Below are positions 8,411 to 18,007 of a stretch of 64,000 nt of DNA, in pieces. The position numbers were made by a program, and so were the translations under genes. A model generated the notes under the pieces. That model worked only from the letters and a program-made list of their open reading frames with translations. It did not search any database and was not told the DNA's origin. Origin of the DNA: Thermoanaerobaculia bacterium (GTDB lineage Bacteria > Acidobacteriota > Thermoanaerobaculia > Multivoradales > Multivoraceae); contig CALOFD010000029.1 of the NCBI GenBank assembly GCA_942492505.1, positions 3,967 through 67,966 on the forward strand. Reading direction: 5' to 3'. The first letter of the stretch is position 1; the number at the start of each line of letters is the position of its first letter.

Positions 8411-10034
8411 CCGGCCTCCGGGAAGGTTTCCATGTAGCTCTCGATCGCCTCTTCCGATCCGCAGATGTAGACCGCATCTTCGGCCTCGAAGCGAAAGTCC
8501 TCCGGCAGCCTCACCCACAGGTTCTCACCCCGTTCGACAGCCACCACCGAGGAACCGGTCCGACGTCGGATGTGGAGGTCGGCCGGATTGCAGCCCGCCA
8601 CGGCGGCGCCCGAGGTTCGCAGAACCTTGAGCTGTGGGTTGACCGAAATGCTCTCCTGGCCCAGCAGGCGACCGGTGAGGAGCTGCTGCGAGACCTGTGA
8701 GATCGACAGGGCGAAGTCGGCGCCGGCGCGGTGCATGCGTTCCACGTTGGAGGCTTCATTGACCCGCGCGATGATCGGGATGCGAGGCGCGAACTCGCGC
8801 AGTACCAGGGTGGCGAGGAGCGTGGCGCTGTCGCTCCCGACGGCGAGAATGACTGCTTTGGCCTCCTCGATGCGTTTCGACTGGAGCAGGCGGTGGTCGG
8901 CGATGTCCCCGACGATGTCGACCCCCGGCATTCGACGCTCGTCGAGCGTCGTGACGCTTTCGCCGACCGAGGTGAGGATGGAGGCGACTGTGCTGCCGAC
9001 TTCGCCGAAGCCCGCGATGAAGAAGGGGCGTTCTGTGTCGGGACTTCGTGTGTCGGCGACCTCGGAGAAGCGGATCACGTTCTTCTCGTCTCCCGCGACG
9101 ATCAGGATGCTGTCCGCTTCGAGCGGCCGATCGGGTGGCAGGGGAGAAACGAGTTCACCCTGAATCCACTGTCCGATGATGTTGACCCCGATTCGACCGA
9201 CCTCGGCCTCACGAAGGGTCTTGCCGACGATCGAGCTGCTGCGGTCGAGCTTCATCTCGGAGACGGTCAGTCGCGCTCCCAGTGCCTGGGCGCCGACCAC
9301 ACGCGGACTCACTTTGTCGCTGGCGTGGGCAGAGAGGGCGGCGGCCAGAATGTGCCGTGGCGTGAAGACGGCGCTGGCGCCTGCCAGGGAGATCGCCTTG
9401 CGATGGCGGGGCTCCTCGACGAGCGAGAAGATCTCCCCGGTGAACTGGGCTTGTCGGAGTGCCAGTGTGATGGCTGCGTTCTCGGCCGCCGGTTCGTTGA
9501 CCACCACGGCTCGAACCCGATCGAGTTGAGTCCTTTCCAGGACGCCGTCGGAGACCGATCCGTGGACCACCGTGCGACGCTCTTCCATCAGCAGACGAGC
9601 CGGTTCTCGTCGGACTCGATCACGACGGCGGTGAGGCCGTGACGATCGAGCTCCTGGGCCAGTCCGTCGACGGCCGGTCCCCAACCGAAGATGAGGACGC
9701 CGCGATCGAACTTGGGAGTGACTCTTGGCAGGCGGCTCTGGAAGCGTTCTTCGAGGGCCGGCAGGAGATAGACGGGGAAGACCAGGAACATGAGACACAG
9801 TCCGACGAACTGCAGCCCGACGACGAAGACGACCATGATGGGGTGAGTCCAGGTGGAGTCGCGACCGTAGCCGGTGGTCGACAGGGTCTCTCCCGCCCAC
9901 TCGAGGCTCTGCCAGAAGCCGCGTTCCTTGCCCTCGAGGACCGCCATTCCAGTGCGGTAGATCAAGGCCGCCGCCACGATCAGGATCGCCAGGCCCACTC
10001 CGAGGGCGAGCAATCGTTGTTCGGAGCGTCGCAT
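8407..10034 (-). CDS. K+ channel (2TM pore) with tandem TrkA-N/TrkA-C (RCK) domains, split by a frameshift at ~9590-9602
   Basis: Selectivity filter STTGYG and IFGWG Rossmann motif in 9588..10034; the frame continues as 8407..9588 with a second GFGEVG Rossmann motif and TrkA-C repeats. Confidence 0.85.
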
Positions 10035-10040
10035 GGGGCC

Positions 10041-10046
10041 AGTGTA
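10041..10046 (-). promoter_or_regulatory. Putative -10 element (TACACT) 6 nt before the K+ channel ATG, leaderless-type
   Basis: Minus strand reads GGA-TACACT-GGCCCC-ATG; no Shine-Dalgarno. Confidence 0.4.
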
Positions 10047-10058
10047 TCCACCTGGGAG

Positions 10059-11597
10059 TCAGAGTCGGCTGAAAACACCCGCGGGCGAATGGAGATCGCC
10101 GCATCGCCACATCCACACTTCGAGAGTGCCGAGGATGCCGCCGTTCCATCGGTAGGGTTCCAGCGGCTCCACCGTGGTGCAGATCGGCTCGAGCTTCGCT
10201 CCCAGACTCTTCCTCTGACTGAAGACCAGCACGTCCCTTCCGACGAAGGACTGCGGCGTGTGCCAGTAGAGCGACGCCAGCCCGTGGCTGCCCGGCCCTC
10301 CCGAGAGGAAGGCCAGTCGGGTCTCGAGCCGTCCGGCTGACAACAGGGAGGCTGTGTGAGTCCAGGAGTAGCTGTCCGAGGCCACCAGCAGGGTCGGATC
10401 GCCGTCCTCGAGGATCCACTCGGACTGTCTGGACTCGAGTTCGGCAACGACGTCCCGCTGGCCCACGATTCGGATGAGCGGCGAGGGCCCGTCGGCGTCG
10501 GCTGCGGCGATGCCGAGACTGGGGGGCCAGGTCGGGAAGGCAGCGACCGACAGCGTGAGCACCGACATCGTCAGCCCGACGCCGACGCCGACTTTCAGCC
10601 ATCGACTTCGAAGATCGACGCACAGAGTCGCGACGATGACGAGCAGCAGCAGGCCCGGTGCGCTCCAGTGGGGGGCGACCTGGGAGCGCAGCGAGACCAG
10701 ACCGAAGAACAGGAACGGGGCCAGGGCGCCAGTCAACGCGACCCGCCAGGCCACGTCATCAGGTCGATGCCGTCGTCGCAGGAGTGCCCAGATCAAGGCG
10801 ACGGCGAGGATCGGTGAGGCCAGTGCGAGGCTGCCGCCGAAGAACTCGAGGAGGTAGCGCAGGTGCCATCCGGGTTCCTCCTGTCGGCCGGAGAGCTGGA
10901 AGCGCAGTCCGGCGAAGTCGTGTTGCCGTTCCCACAACCAGACAGGCAGGGTGAGCACTGCTGAAAGGGTTGCTGCGAGCCATGGAATCGGCGTCTTGAG
11001 ATCGTCGCGTGCGGCCTTCACGCTCAGCGCGGTCGGCACGGTGGCGAGCGCGACGACGATCGGGTACTTGGCGAGGAATCCGAGCCCGCTCGCCAGCCCG
11101 ACGATCCACCATCCCTTGCGGTCTCCCTGGGCGATCGTCACCGATCCCAGCACCACGGCGACATAGGCGACGGTCATCGCGACGTCGGTCGAGGTATAGG
11201 AGAAGCCAAGGAGCACGATCGGCATCGCATGGGTTAGCAGCAGGGCATGGCCGGCCTGACGCGGACTGCCTCCGAGTCTTCGAACGAGAGCCGGCAGGAG
11301 CATCGCGAAGCCCAGGAAGGCCAGCAGCGCGGGCAGTCGAACGGCGAGCGCGCTGCTGCCGAGGAGCATCCGGCCTGCGGCCAGGACCCAGATCACCATC
11401 CCCGGCTGGTCGAAGTAGCTCAGCTCGGCTTGTCGGCTGGCGTCCCAGTAGTAGGCCTCGTCGCCGGAAACCACCAGAGTCGCCGCCAGGACGGCGTGCA
11501 CCAGCAACAGGATGAGGGTCAGTCTTCGATAGCGACTGCGTTCGAAGATCTCGGACCTGGCTCCCGGCGCCGGGTCCGTGTTGCGATTCTCTGCCAT
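10059..11597 (-). CDS. Glycosyltransferase family 39 / ArnT-PMT-like integral membrane glycosyltransferase
   Basis: GDEAYYW, YFDQPG and GFLAKY motifs; many TM helices; C-terminal periplasmic domain. Confidence 0.85.
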   Translation of the reverse strand: MAENRNTDPAPGARSEIFERSRYRRLTLILLLVHAVLAATLVVSGDEAYYWDASRQAELSYFDQPGMVIWVLAAGRMLLGSSALAVRLPALLAFLGFAMLLPALVRRLGGSPRQAGHALLLTHAMPIVLLGFSYTSTDVAMTVAYVAVVLGSVTIAQGDRKGWWIVGLASGLGFLAKYPIVVALATVPTALSVKAARDDLKTPIPWLAATLSAVLTLPVWLWERQHDFAGLRFQLSGRQEEPGWHLRYLLEFFGGSLALASPILAVALIWALLRRRHRPDDVAWRVALTGALAPFLFFGLVSLRSQVAPHWSAPGLLLLVIVATLCVDLRSRWLKVGVGVGLTMSVLTLSVAAFPTWPPSLGIAAADADGPSPLIRIVGQRDVVAELESRQSEWILEDGDPTLLVASDSYSWTHTASLLSAGRLETRLAFLSGGPGSHGLASLYWHTPQSFVGRDVLVFSQRKSLGAKLEPICTTVEPLEPYRWNGGILGTLEVWMWRCGDLHSPAGVFSRL

Positions 11598-11639
11598 CGG
11601 GGATCGTCTCGGGCGCCGGAACGTCCTGGGCCGGCGGGA

Positions 11640-11888
11640 TCAGCTCTGCCAGTAGGTGAACTCGGGTTCCCAGCAGGTGCCGTCGAGATCTCCGACCCGT
11701 TGCTGGAGCCAGGTCTGGGCGTCCCGGATGGCCTTGTTGTAGATCGTCGGGCCGATCTCGACCAGGCAGAAGTCGAGCAGCAGGGAGGCCTTGAGATCCC
11801 CGATGTCGTCGTCGAGATTCTCCCGGAAGTACTGTTGCACCGATTCGATCAGCTGCTGGCGGATGTCCTTGTCGAGTTCGATGGCCAT
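11640..11888 (-). CDS. DUF2164 family protein
   Basis: 82 aa; IQQYF.E.L...IG.L.A.LLLDF...EIGP..YN.AI.DAQ pattern. Confidence 0.85.
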   Translation of the reverse strand: MAIELDKDIRQQLIESVQQYFRENLDDDIGDLKASLLLDFCLVEIGPTIYNKAIRDAQTWLQQRVGDLDGTCWEPEFTYWQS

Positions 11889-11956
11889 GGTCGATTCCTC
11901 GTTTCGGGGGGCGATTCAGGTCATGGTCCCGACGCCGATCCCGCCGAGAGACCTCT

Positions 11957-13833
11957 TCAGGGCTGGTACCAGATCGGTGACGACCATACCCGTTCCTGGA
12001 TGGTCGTCGCCAGGTCGGGGTGCGGAGCGACCTCGGCACGCAGCGCATCCCAGGTCGACCACCTGCAGGTCGGATTCTCGAGTGCTCGCACGTAGTAGAA
12101 GGATCGTCGGCCGGGGTCGAACTCGGGGTCGGACCAGGCGGCCTCGAGTTCCGTGGCGCCGACGTCGTTCGAATAGGAGCAGTTGCTCAGATCCACTCGC
12201 GCTCCGTTGTCGGGGCAGCGGTGAGTAGTGGGGTCGGGGCTGGCGCCGTCGGAGCAGGCGACATCGAAGACCTTCTCTGCCGCCTTGCCGTCGGCGCCGA
12301 TGAAGCCCTTGATGATCTGGACCCGCTGCAGCGGAGCGCTGTCGGCGTCGCGCATCGCCCACACCAGGAAGGTCGGTGCCTTGCCGTCGTCGGCGCCGAG
12401 TTCTCCTCCCATCGGTACTCCGCCGGCGTAGGCCCTTTCGAGCATGTCCTGCGAACCGACGAGGGTTTCGGGGAGGTCATAGCCGGCGAAGAAGCGGACC
12501 CGCATGCGCGGTCCGCTGGTGCCGAAGGTCTCCTTGCGCTTCATCGCGTCGAAGAGGGCTTCGCGAGTGTTCTCCTCGGCCCAGATCCCAGCCAGTCCCG
12601 CCGCGCTCCACAGCCTGTAGTACACGTTGGCGTACTCCTCGCCATCCGGGCCGGGCTCATCGAGCGGCACCGACCCTCGGCCCTGGGGCAGACCGTCGAG
12701 CAGGCCGACCTTCGAGAAGAACCCGTCTTCCTGGAACGAGGCTGCGCCGTTGTGGGTGTCGGTCGCGGCGACGATTCCGAAGCGGTAGGGGTTGAACCCC
12801 TGGTCTTCCTCCATCTGCAGGCCGTTGAGCAGGGCTTCTCGAACGTAGCTGCCCTCGTGATGGCTCGGAATCCAGGTGGCGATCTTGTAGGGGAAGATCT
12901 CGAAGTCGGCCCATTCGTCGTTGGGTGAGAGCAACGGGTGGGTGTCGGAAGTGCCCTTCACCTGACTGATCTCGACGAGCGGTTCGTTGCGCATGCGGGT
13001 TTCGGCGTAGTCCGCGTCGAGAGGCTCACCTTCGAAGGTGTGCTTCTCGAACATGCGGCCGCCGGAACCGTTCGAGTTGTGCGGAATCGCCAGCATGTCG
13101 AGGCCGCTCTCCCTCAACCCGTCCATCCAGCTCCATAGATCCTCGGGGTTCTGGGAGTCGAGGCGAGTGAAGGGGAGCTCAGGCGCCAGGGCGCCGTTGA
13201 AGATGACGTTGCGATGCAGATTGTTGGACTCCGGCCCTGCCGTGTATTCGTAGGCGACGAAGGTCGTGAAGGTGCCGGGTTGGTAGTTCCTGTTCGCCGA
13301 CGCCACGATCTCCTGCCAGGCCGAACGGACGACCTCGAGGTCGAGAATTCCCTCCCAGCGACCGTCGGCGAGATAGGGACGGATGCCCTGGAAGGCGGCG
13401 CGCCTCTCTTCGATGCTTTCGGCGGTGATGAAGGGCCTGGAGACCTCGAGCTTCGAGACCTCGGTCGTCGGATCGGCCATGGCCGGCAGCATGCCGAGAA
13501 ACATTCCGTGATCGGTGACGGCGTAGAAGTCGAGGGGACGGTCGAGTTGGACGGTATAGCCCGAGGGGTGCTCGAGTGGCTCGCCCTGGGCCCAGCGGTA
13601 CGACTCGTCGGGGGTGGCGCGGGTGCCGAAGATGAAAGCGTCGAACGAGAAGCGGGAATGGACGTGGAGATCGCCGAAGTAGGCGTTCTTCAGCGGGTTG
13701 GAGGCGACGACGACTTCGCCGTCGACCACCGTTTCGACCTTCTCCTCGGGCTGCGATGAAGTGCAGGCGAGACCGATGAGGAGAGGCAGCGTCGCCAGGG
13801 CTCGAGTCGTGGTCTCGTCGATTTCGTGAGCAT
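11957..13833 (-). CDS. DUF3604 family (PHP-like metalloprotein) lipoprotein, frameshift in signal peptide at ~13803
   Basis: YFGDLHVHS.FSFDA, NLHRNVIF, IPHNSNGS and IQERVWSSPIWY motifs. The RBS plus ATG at 13833 is out of frame with the lipobox LIGLAC. Confidence 0.85.
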
Positions 13834-13861
13834 GGTTCCTCTCGAGTGGGGGAAGCCGAGT

Positions 13862-14446
13862 CTACCGCTTCCGATCGTCGCGTCTGGGGGCGGCCCGATC
13901 GAGGAGATCGGGGGGAAGTCGCTGCGTGAGGCCCGAGAGCTCTTCTTCGAGGCGGTGCAGATAGCTCGTGGCTTCAGGGGTATCGGGAGCCGGTGCCCAG
14001 GGTGCGAAGTCCTTGTCGGTCGTCGGGTCGTAGGGTCCGGTCTTGGCTTCGTAGATGACCGTGTCCGGCGCCAGCGCCAGGATCGTGTGCCAGTAGCCGG
14101 GCCGGATGTCGATTCCGAACTGCCCGGATTCGCGGCTGAGGACGCAACACGCCTCCCGGTCGAGTTCGCCTTCGTCGTCGAAGCCTGCGAAACCGAGGAC
14201 TCCCTGGAGAATCACGATTCCCTCCGACTTCGGCGGCTCGAGGTGTCGATGGGGCTGAATGTAGGAGCCCGGCTGGATCGCGTTGAGCATGCGATGCAGC
14301 GGGTCCTGTGCGCTGTCGTGCAGGGTGAGGATCTCGCGACCACGGTCGTTGCGGCGAGCGTATTCCGCCTGTCTCGCGAGCAGGTCGTGTCCGATCCGCA
14401 GATGCGCTGCGTGGCCGGAGGGTCGCGCGGCGGGGCGCGAGGCCAT
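13862..14446 (-). CDS. WbuC family cupin-fold metalloprotein
   Basis: LH....DPLHRMLNAIQPGSYIQPHRH, WHT and EAKTGPY motifs. Confidence 0.85.
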   Translation of the reverse strand: MASRPAARPSGHAAHLRIGHDLLARQAEYARRNDRGREILTLHDSAQDPLHRMLNAIQPGSYIQPHRHLEPPKSEGIVILQGVLGFAGFDDEGELDREACCVLSRESGQFGIDIRPGYWHTILALAPDTVIYEAKTGPYDPTTDKDFAPWAPAPDTPEATSYLHRLEEELSGLTQRLPPDLLDRAAPRRDDRKR

Positions 14447-14862
14447 CAGAAGCCCGAGAACTGGATCTCTTCAGCGCCGCGAACGTCGACCCGGATCTCG
14501 GAACCCTCTTCGCCGGGCGCCTCGAAGCCCTTGATCATCCGGAAGTCGTAGATCCTGGCGTCGTAGACGTTGCGTCCGCTCCAGCGCAGAACGTCGGCGA
14601 CGATCGTGTCCTGGGTCACCTGCTTGATGATGACGGCTTCGATCTCGGAGTAGGGGATCTGCCACGTAGCGCTGCCTCGGCGAGCCGTCAACGGCATTTC
14701 GCTGGCCGGGAAGCCTTCCTGGGTTTCGACCACCGTGGCGTCGTAGAGAACGATGGTTCCGCCCTTGCGTCCGAGATCCGCGGTGATCGTCCCCGCGAGC
14801 AGAGTGGACGTGGCGAGCAGGCTCGAGACGGCGACGGCGAGAGCGATGCGATAGGCGTTCAT
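14446..14862 (-). CDS. Hypothetical secreted beta-rich protein
   Basis: Sec-type signal peptide; RBS GAGGAG upstream; stop overlaps the next ATG. Confidence 0.7.
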   Translation of the reverse strand: MNAYRIALAVAVSSLLATSTLLAGTITADLGRKGGTIVLYDATVVETQEGFPASEMPLTARRGSATWQIPYSEIEAVIIKQVTQDTIVADVLRWSGRNVYDARIYDFRMIKGFEAPGEEGSEIRVDVRGAEEIQFSGF

Positions 14863-14938
14863 CGGGACTCCTCAGACGGGTTGGATCCGGAAGTGCGTAT
14901 TAGAACACAGCCACGCCCCGGGCACCTCGGTTTCCGAA

Positions 14939-15778
14939 TCACTCGGTCGCGCCGTCGCCCCTCAGCTGCCTGTGAACGCTGGCCACGGCTCCCATGTAGT
15001 ACGGGAAGCCGAGTTCGTCGGCCGAACGGATCTGATTGCGCGAGACCGGCAGATTGCCCTGAACCTCGGCGAGCAGTCCGATGTAGAGGTGGGCGTAGAA
15101 CAGGGCGTCTCGTTCTTCTTCCTCGCTGTCCTCGTGTGCCTGCGCTGCGGCAAGAACGTCCTGGGGTTGGAGTTCGCCGCGATAGAGGGCGTAGATCTCG
15201 GGGAGGGGGACTCTCGGGTCGTCTCCGACCGGCAGCAGCTGTTCGGATGCGGCTCTGGCTCCTTCGAGGCGCGCCACGCAGAGGTAGTGCCATGCGGCGT
15301 TCTCGACATCGGAAGGGTTGACCGTGCGATGCAGGTCGAACTGGTCCCGGCAGTCGGCGAAGCGGTTCGCGTAGTAGAGCGCGATGCCGCGTTGCCAGAG
15401 ATGCGGCAGGGCTTCGGGATCGGCTTCGACCAGGCTGTCGAAGTCGGCGATCGACTCCTCGATCCGACCGACCTTGAAGAGCGCCTGGCCGCGGAGCAGG
15501 AATCGCCTCGGATCTCCCGGCGTGACCTCGAAGAGGCGCTGGTAGCTCTCGAGTGCCCCCTCGTGGTCACCCGAGTCCTCTCTCAGCTGTCCCTGCAGCG
15601 CCAGTCCCCAGGGATCGTCGGGCCGACTGTCGAGGTATCGGCCGATGGCGACTTCGGCTTCCTCGACGGATCCCTCTTCAACGGCGCGCGCTGCCTGCTC
15701 CGCGAAACGTTCCGGGGATTCCTGCGCGGGGAGAACCTCGACGGTGAGGGCGAGCAGGATCGGAAGAATCAAGCGCAT
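14939..15778 (-). CDS. Secreted TPR repeat protein
   Basis: Signal peptide; several TPRs (ALFKVGRIEESIADFD, PHLWQRGIALYYA, DVENAAWHYLC). Confidence 0.85.
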   Translation of the reverse strand: MRLILPILLALTVEVLPAQESPERFAEQAARAVEEGSVEEAEVAIGRYLDSRPDDPWGLALQGQLREDSGDHEGALESYQRLFEVTPGDPRRFLLRGQALFKVGRIEESIADFDSLVEADPEALPHLWQRGIALYYANRFADCRDQFDLHRTVNPSDVENAAWHYLCVARLEGARAASEQLLPVGDDPRVPLPEIYALYRGELQPQDVLAAAQAHEDSEEEERDALFYAHLYIGLLAEVQGNLPVSRNQIRSADELGFPYYMGAVASVHRQLRGDGATE

Positions 15779-15840
15779 GTCGTTCTTGCCGCTGCTAGAA
15801 GACCCGTGCGCCGCCGGGCGGCTCGTGGCGGTGCGATGAG

Positions 15841-15913
15841 CGGCGTCGAGCAGTATACGAAGCCACGGAGCGTTCGGACGCTTCGGGTCCGACGCTGTTC
15901 GAACTCGACGCCG
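15841..15913. other. Nested inverted-repeat RNA structure in the typA-TPR intergenic region
   Basis: Outer perfect 10-bp stem CGGCGTCGAG (15841-50) / CTCGACGCCG (15904-13); inner stem AGCGT(T)CGGAC/GTCCGACGCT with a cTTCGg loop on the + strand. Confidence 0.6.
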
Positions 15914-15914
15914 T

Positions 15915-17732
15915 TCAGCGCTGGTTGGCCTGCAGGACCCGCTTGCGCAGACGAAAGGCCTTCGGGGTCACTTCCACGAGCTCGTCGGCACGGATGAACT
16001 CGATCGCCTCCTCGAGGCTGAAGTTCCGTGGCGGCGCGAGCTTGACGAAGTCGTCGGCGCTGGCGGCCCGCATGTTGGTCAGCTTCTTCTCGCGGACGAT
16101 GTTGATGTCGAGGTCGCTGCTGCGACAGTGCTCGCCGACGATCTGTCCCTGGTAGACCTCGGCACCGGGGGGCACCACGAAGGTTCCGCGAGACGACAGT
16201 TGATCGACGGCGTAGGGCGTCACACGACCGGCGCGGTCGGCGACCAGGGAGCCGCTCGAGCGTTCGGGGAGCTCGCCGAACCACGGTTCCCAACCTTCGA
16301 AGAGACTGTGCAGCACTGCCGTGCCACGAGTCTCTTCGAGCAGTTGGGAGCGCAGACCGATGAGGCCCCGGGAGGGAACGCGGTACTCCACCCGGACACG
16401 GCCGGATCCCAGCGAGTTCATCTCCTGCATGCGACCCTTGCGCGGCCCGAGCAGACCGGTCGCCGTGCCCACATGCTCTTCCGGCAGGTCGACGAGCAGC
16501 GTTTCGACCGGCTCGCACAGGACACCGTCGATCTCCCGGGTCAGGACTTCGGGTTTTCCCAGCGCCAGCTCGTAGCCTTCGCGACGCATCGTCTCGACCA
16601 GGATCGACAACTGCAACTCGCCGCGACCGGCGACCTCGAAGCAGTCGGCAGCGTCGGTCTCGGAAACTCGGATCGCGACGTTGTGAAGGGCTTCCTTGAA
16701 CAGCCGGTCGCGGATCTGGCGCGACGTGACGAACTTGCCTTCCCGGCCGGAGAAGGGTGACGTATTCACCGAGAAGCGCATGGAGAGGGTCGGTTCCTCG
16801 ACCCGAATGCGCGGCAGGGGTCTGGGATCGTCGACGCAGGCGAGGGTCTCCCCGATCGCGATCTCGCCGATGCCGGCGATCGCGATGACGTCTCCCTGCA
16901 GGGCGTGGTCGGTTTCGATCCGGTCGAGCCCCCGATGGGTGTAGAGCTGGGTGATCTTCGCCGGGCTCTGGCTGCCGTCGATATGGCACACCGTCACCCT
17001 CATTCCCTTGGTGATCTCGCCGTTGACGACCCGGCCGACGACCAGACGTCCGACGTAGTCGTCCCATCCGAGACTGGTGACCAGGACCTGGAGCGGCGCC
17101 TCGGGATCGTAGGTCGGCGCAGGGACCGTCGACAGGATCTCCTCGAAGAGCGGCTTCAGGGTTTCGTCCGGTCCGTCGGGGGTCACGCGACAGATCCCCG
17201 CCTTGGCGTTGGCGTAGATGACGGGGAAGCCGATCTGCTCTTCGTTGGCGCCGAGGTCGATGAACAGGTCGTAGACCTCGTCGAGAACCTCGGCGACCCG
17301 GGCGTCGTCACGATCGATCTTGTTGATCACCAGGATCGGTACGAGGCCCGCATCGAGGGCCTTCGCCAGGACGAATCGGGTTTGCGGCAGGGGGCCTTCG
17401 CTGGCGTCGACCAGAAGCAGGACTCCATCGACCAGCTTCAGCGTGCGTTCGACCTCGCCGCCGAAGTCGGCGTGGCCGGGGGTGTCGATGATGTTGATGC
17501 GGGTGGTGCCGTAGTCGATGGCCGTGTTCTTGGCGAGGATCGTGATCCCTCGCTCGCGCTCGAGATCGTTCGAGTCCATCACCCGCTCGGTGAGCTCCTG
17601 ATGGGCGCTGAAGATGCCGCTCTGCTGCAACATGGCATCGACGAGCGTGGTCTTGCCATGATCGACGTGGGCGATGATCGCGACGTTGCGCAGACCTTCA
17701 CGTCGGGCGATGTTGGGTGCAGTTGTGATCAT
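15915..17732 (-). CDS. typA: Translational GTPase TypA/BipA
   Basis: [52 protein letters not shown] and C-terminal ELVEVTP..FRLRK; start ATG 17732 gives 605 aa. Confidence 0.97.
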   Translation of the reverse strand: MITTAPNIARREGLRNVAIIAHVDHGKTTLVDAMLQQSGIFSAHQELTERVMDSNDLERERGITILAKNTAIDYGTTRINIIDTPGHADFGGEVERTLKLVDGVLLLVDASEGPLPQTRFVLAKALDAGLVPILVINKIDRDDARVAEVLDEVYDLFIDLGANEEQIGFPVIYANAKAGICRVTPDGPDETLKPLFEEILSTVPAPTYDPEAPLQVLVTSLGWDDYVGRLVVGRVVNGEITKGMRVTVCHIDGSQSPAKITQLYTHRGLDRIETDHALQGDVIAIAGIGEIAIGETLACVDDPRPLPRIRVEEPTLSMRFSVNTSPFSGREGKFVTSRQIRDRLFKEALHNVAIRVSETDAADCFEVAGRGELQLSILVETMRREGYELALGKPEVLTREIDGVLCEPVETLLVDLPEEHVGTATGLLGPRKGRMQEMNSLGSGRVRVEYRVPSRGLIGLRSQLLEETRGTAVLHSLFEGWEPWFGELPERSSGSLVADRAGRVTPYAVDQLSSRGTFVVPPGAEVYQGQIVGEHCRSSDLDINIVREKKLTNMRAASADDFVKLAPPRNFSLEEAIEFIRADELVEVTPKAFRLRKRVLQANQR

Positions 17733-17822
17733 GTCCACCGGTCCGTGGAGCGGATGAGGGGCGTCGGGCGCCGTGGTGAAGAGGGAGGGGGAGGGGGTCG
17801 AGACTGCGATGCGAGGCCGCTC

Positions 17823-17851
17823 AGAATAGCATTCTCGAGGTTCCTGCTCAA
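17823..17851 (-). promoter_or_regulatory. Putative sigma70 promoter for typA
   Basis: Minus strand TTGAGC-N17-TATTCT with a TG extension (TGCTATTCT). Confidence 0.5.
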
Positions 17852-18007
17852 GAACTTGTGTTGCCGTGAGGTGGCGAGGATGTCCTGGATTCCGGACGAC
17901 TCGACAGGCCGCCGCCGATCGTCGGCCGTACAGTGACTGAACGATTCCTCGGAACTCCGGGCCCGGCACGCTGCGTGCTTAGATACGGCGCGGAGACGAA
18001 CGAGTTC

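Noticed and set aside
9588-9590. Selenocysteine read-through of the TGA after TGC
   Set aside because: The homologous sequence continues in a different frame, so read-through would not restore the protein.
9589-10623. N-terminal 340 aa of track ORF 8407..10623
   Set aside because: It is an off-frame reading of the channel pore and GT39 genes; only the part below ~9600 is real.
15895-15907. tRNA (GTTCGAA T-loop-like motif)
   Set aside because: There is no pairing T-stem, D-arm, anticodon arm or acceptor stem around it.
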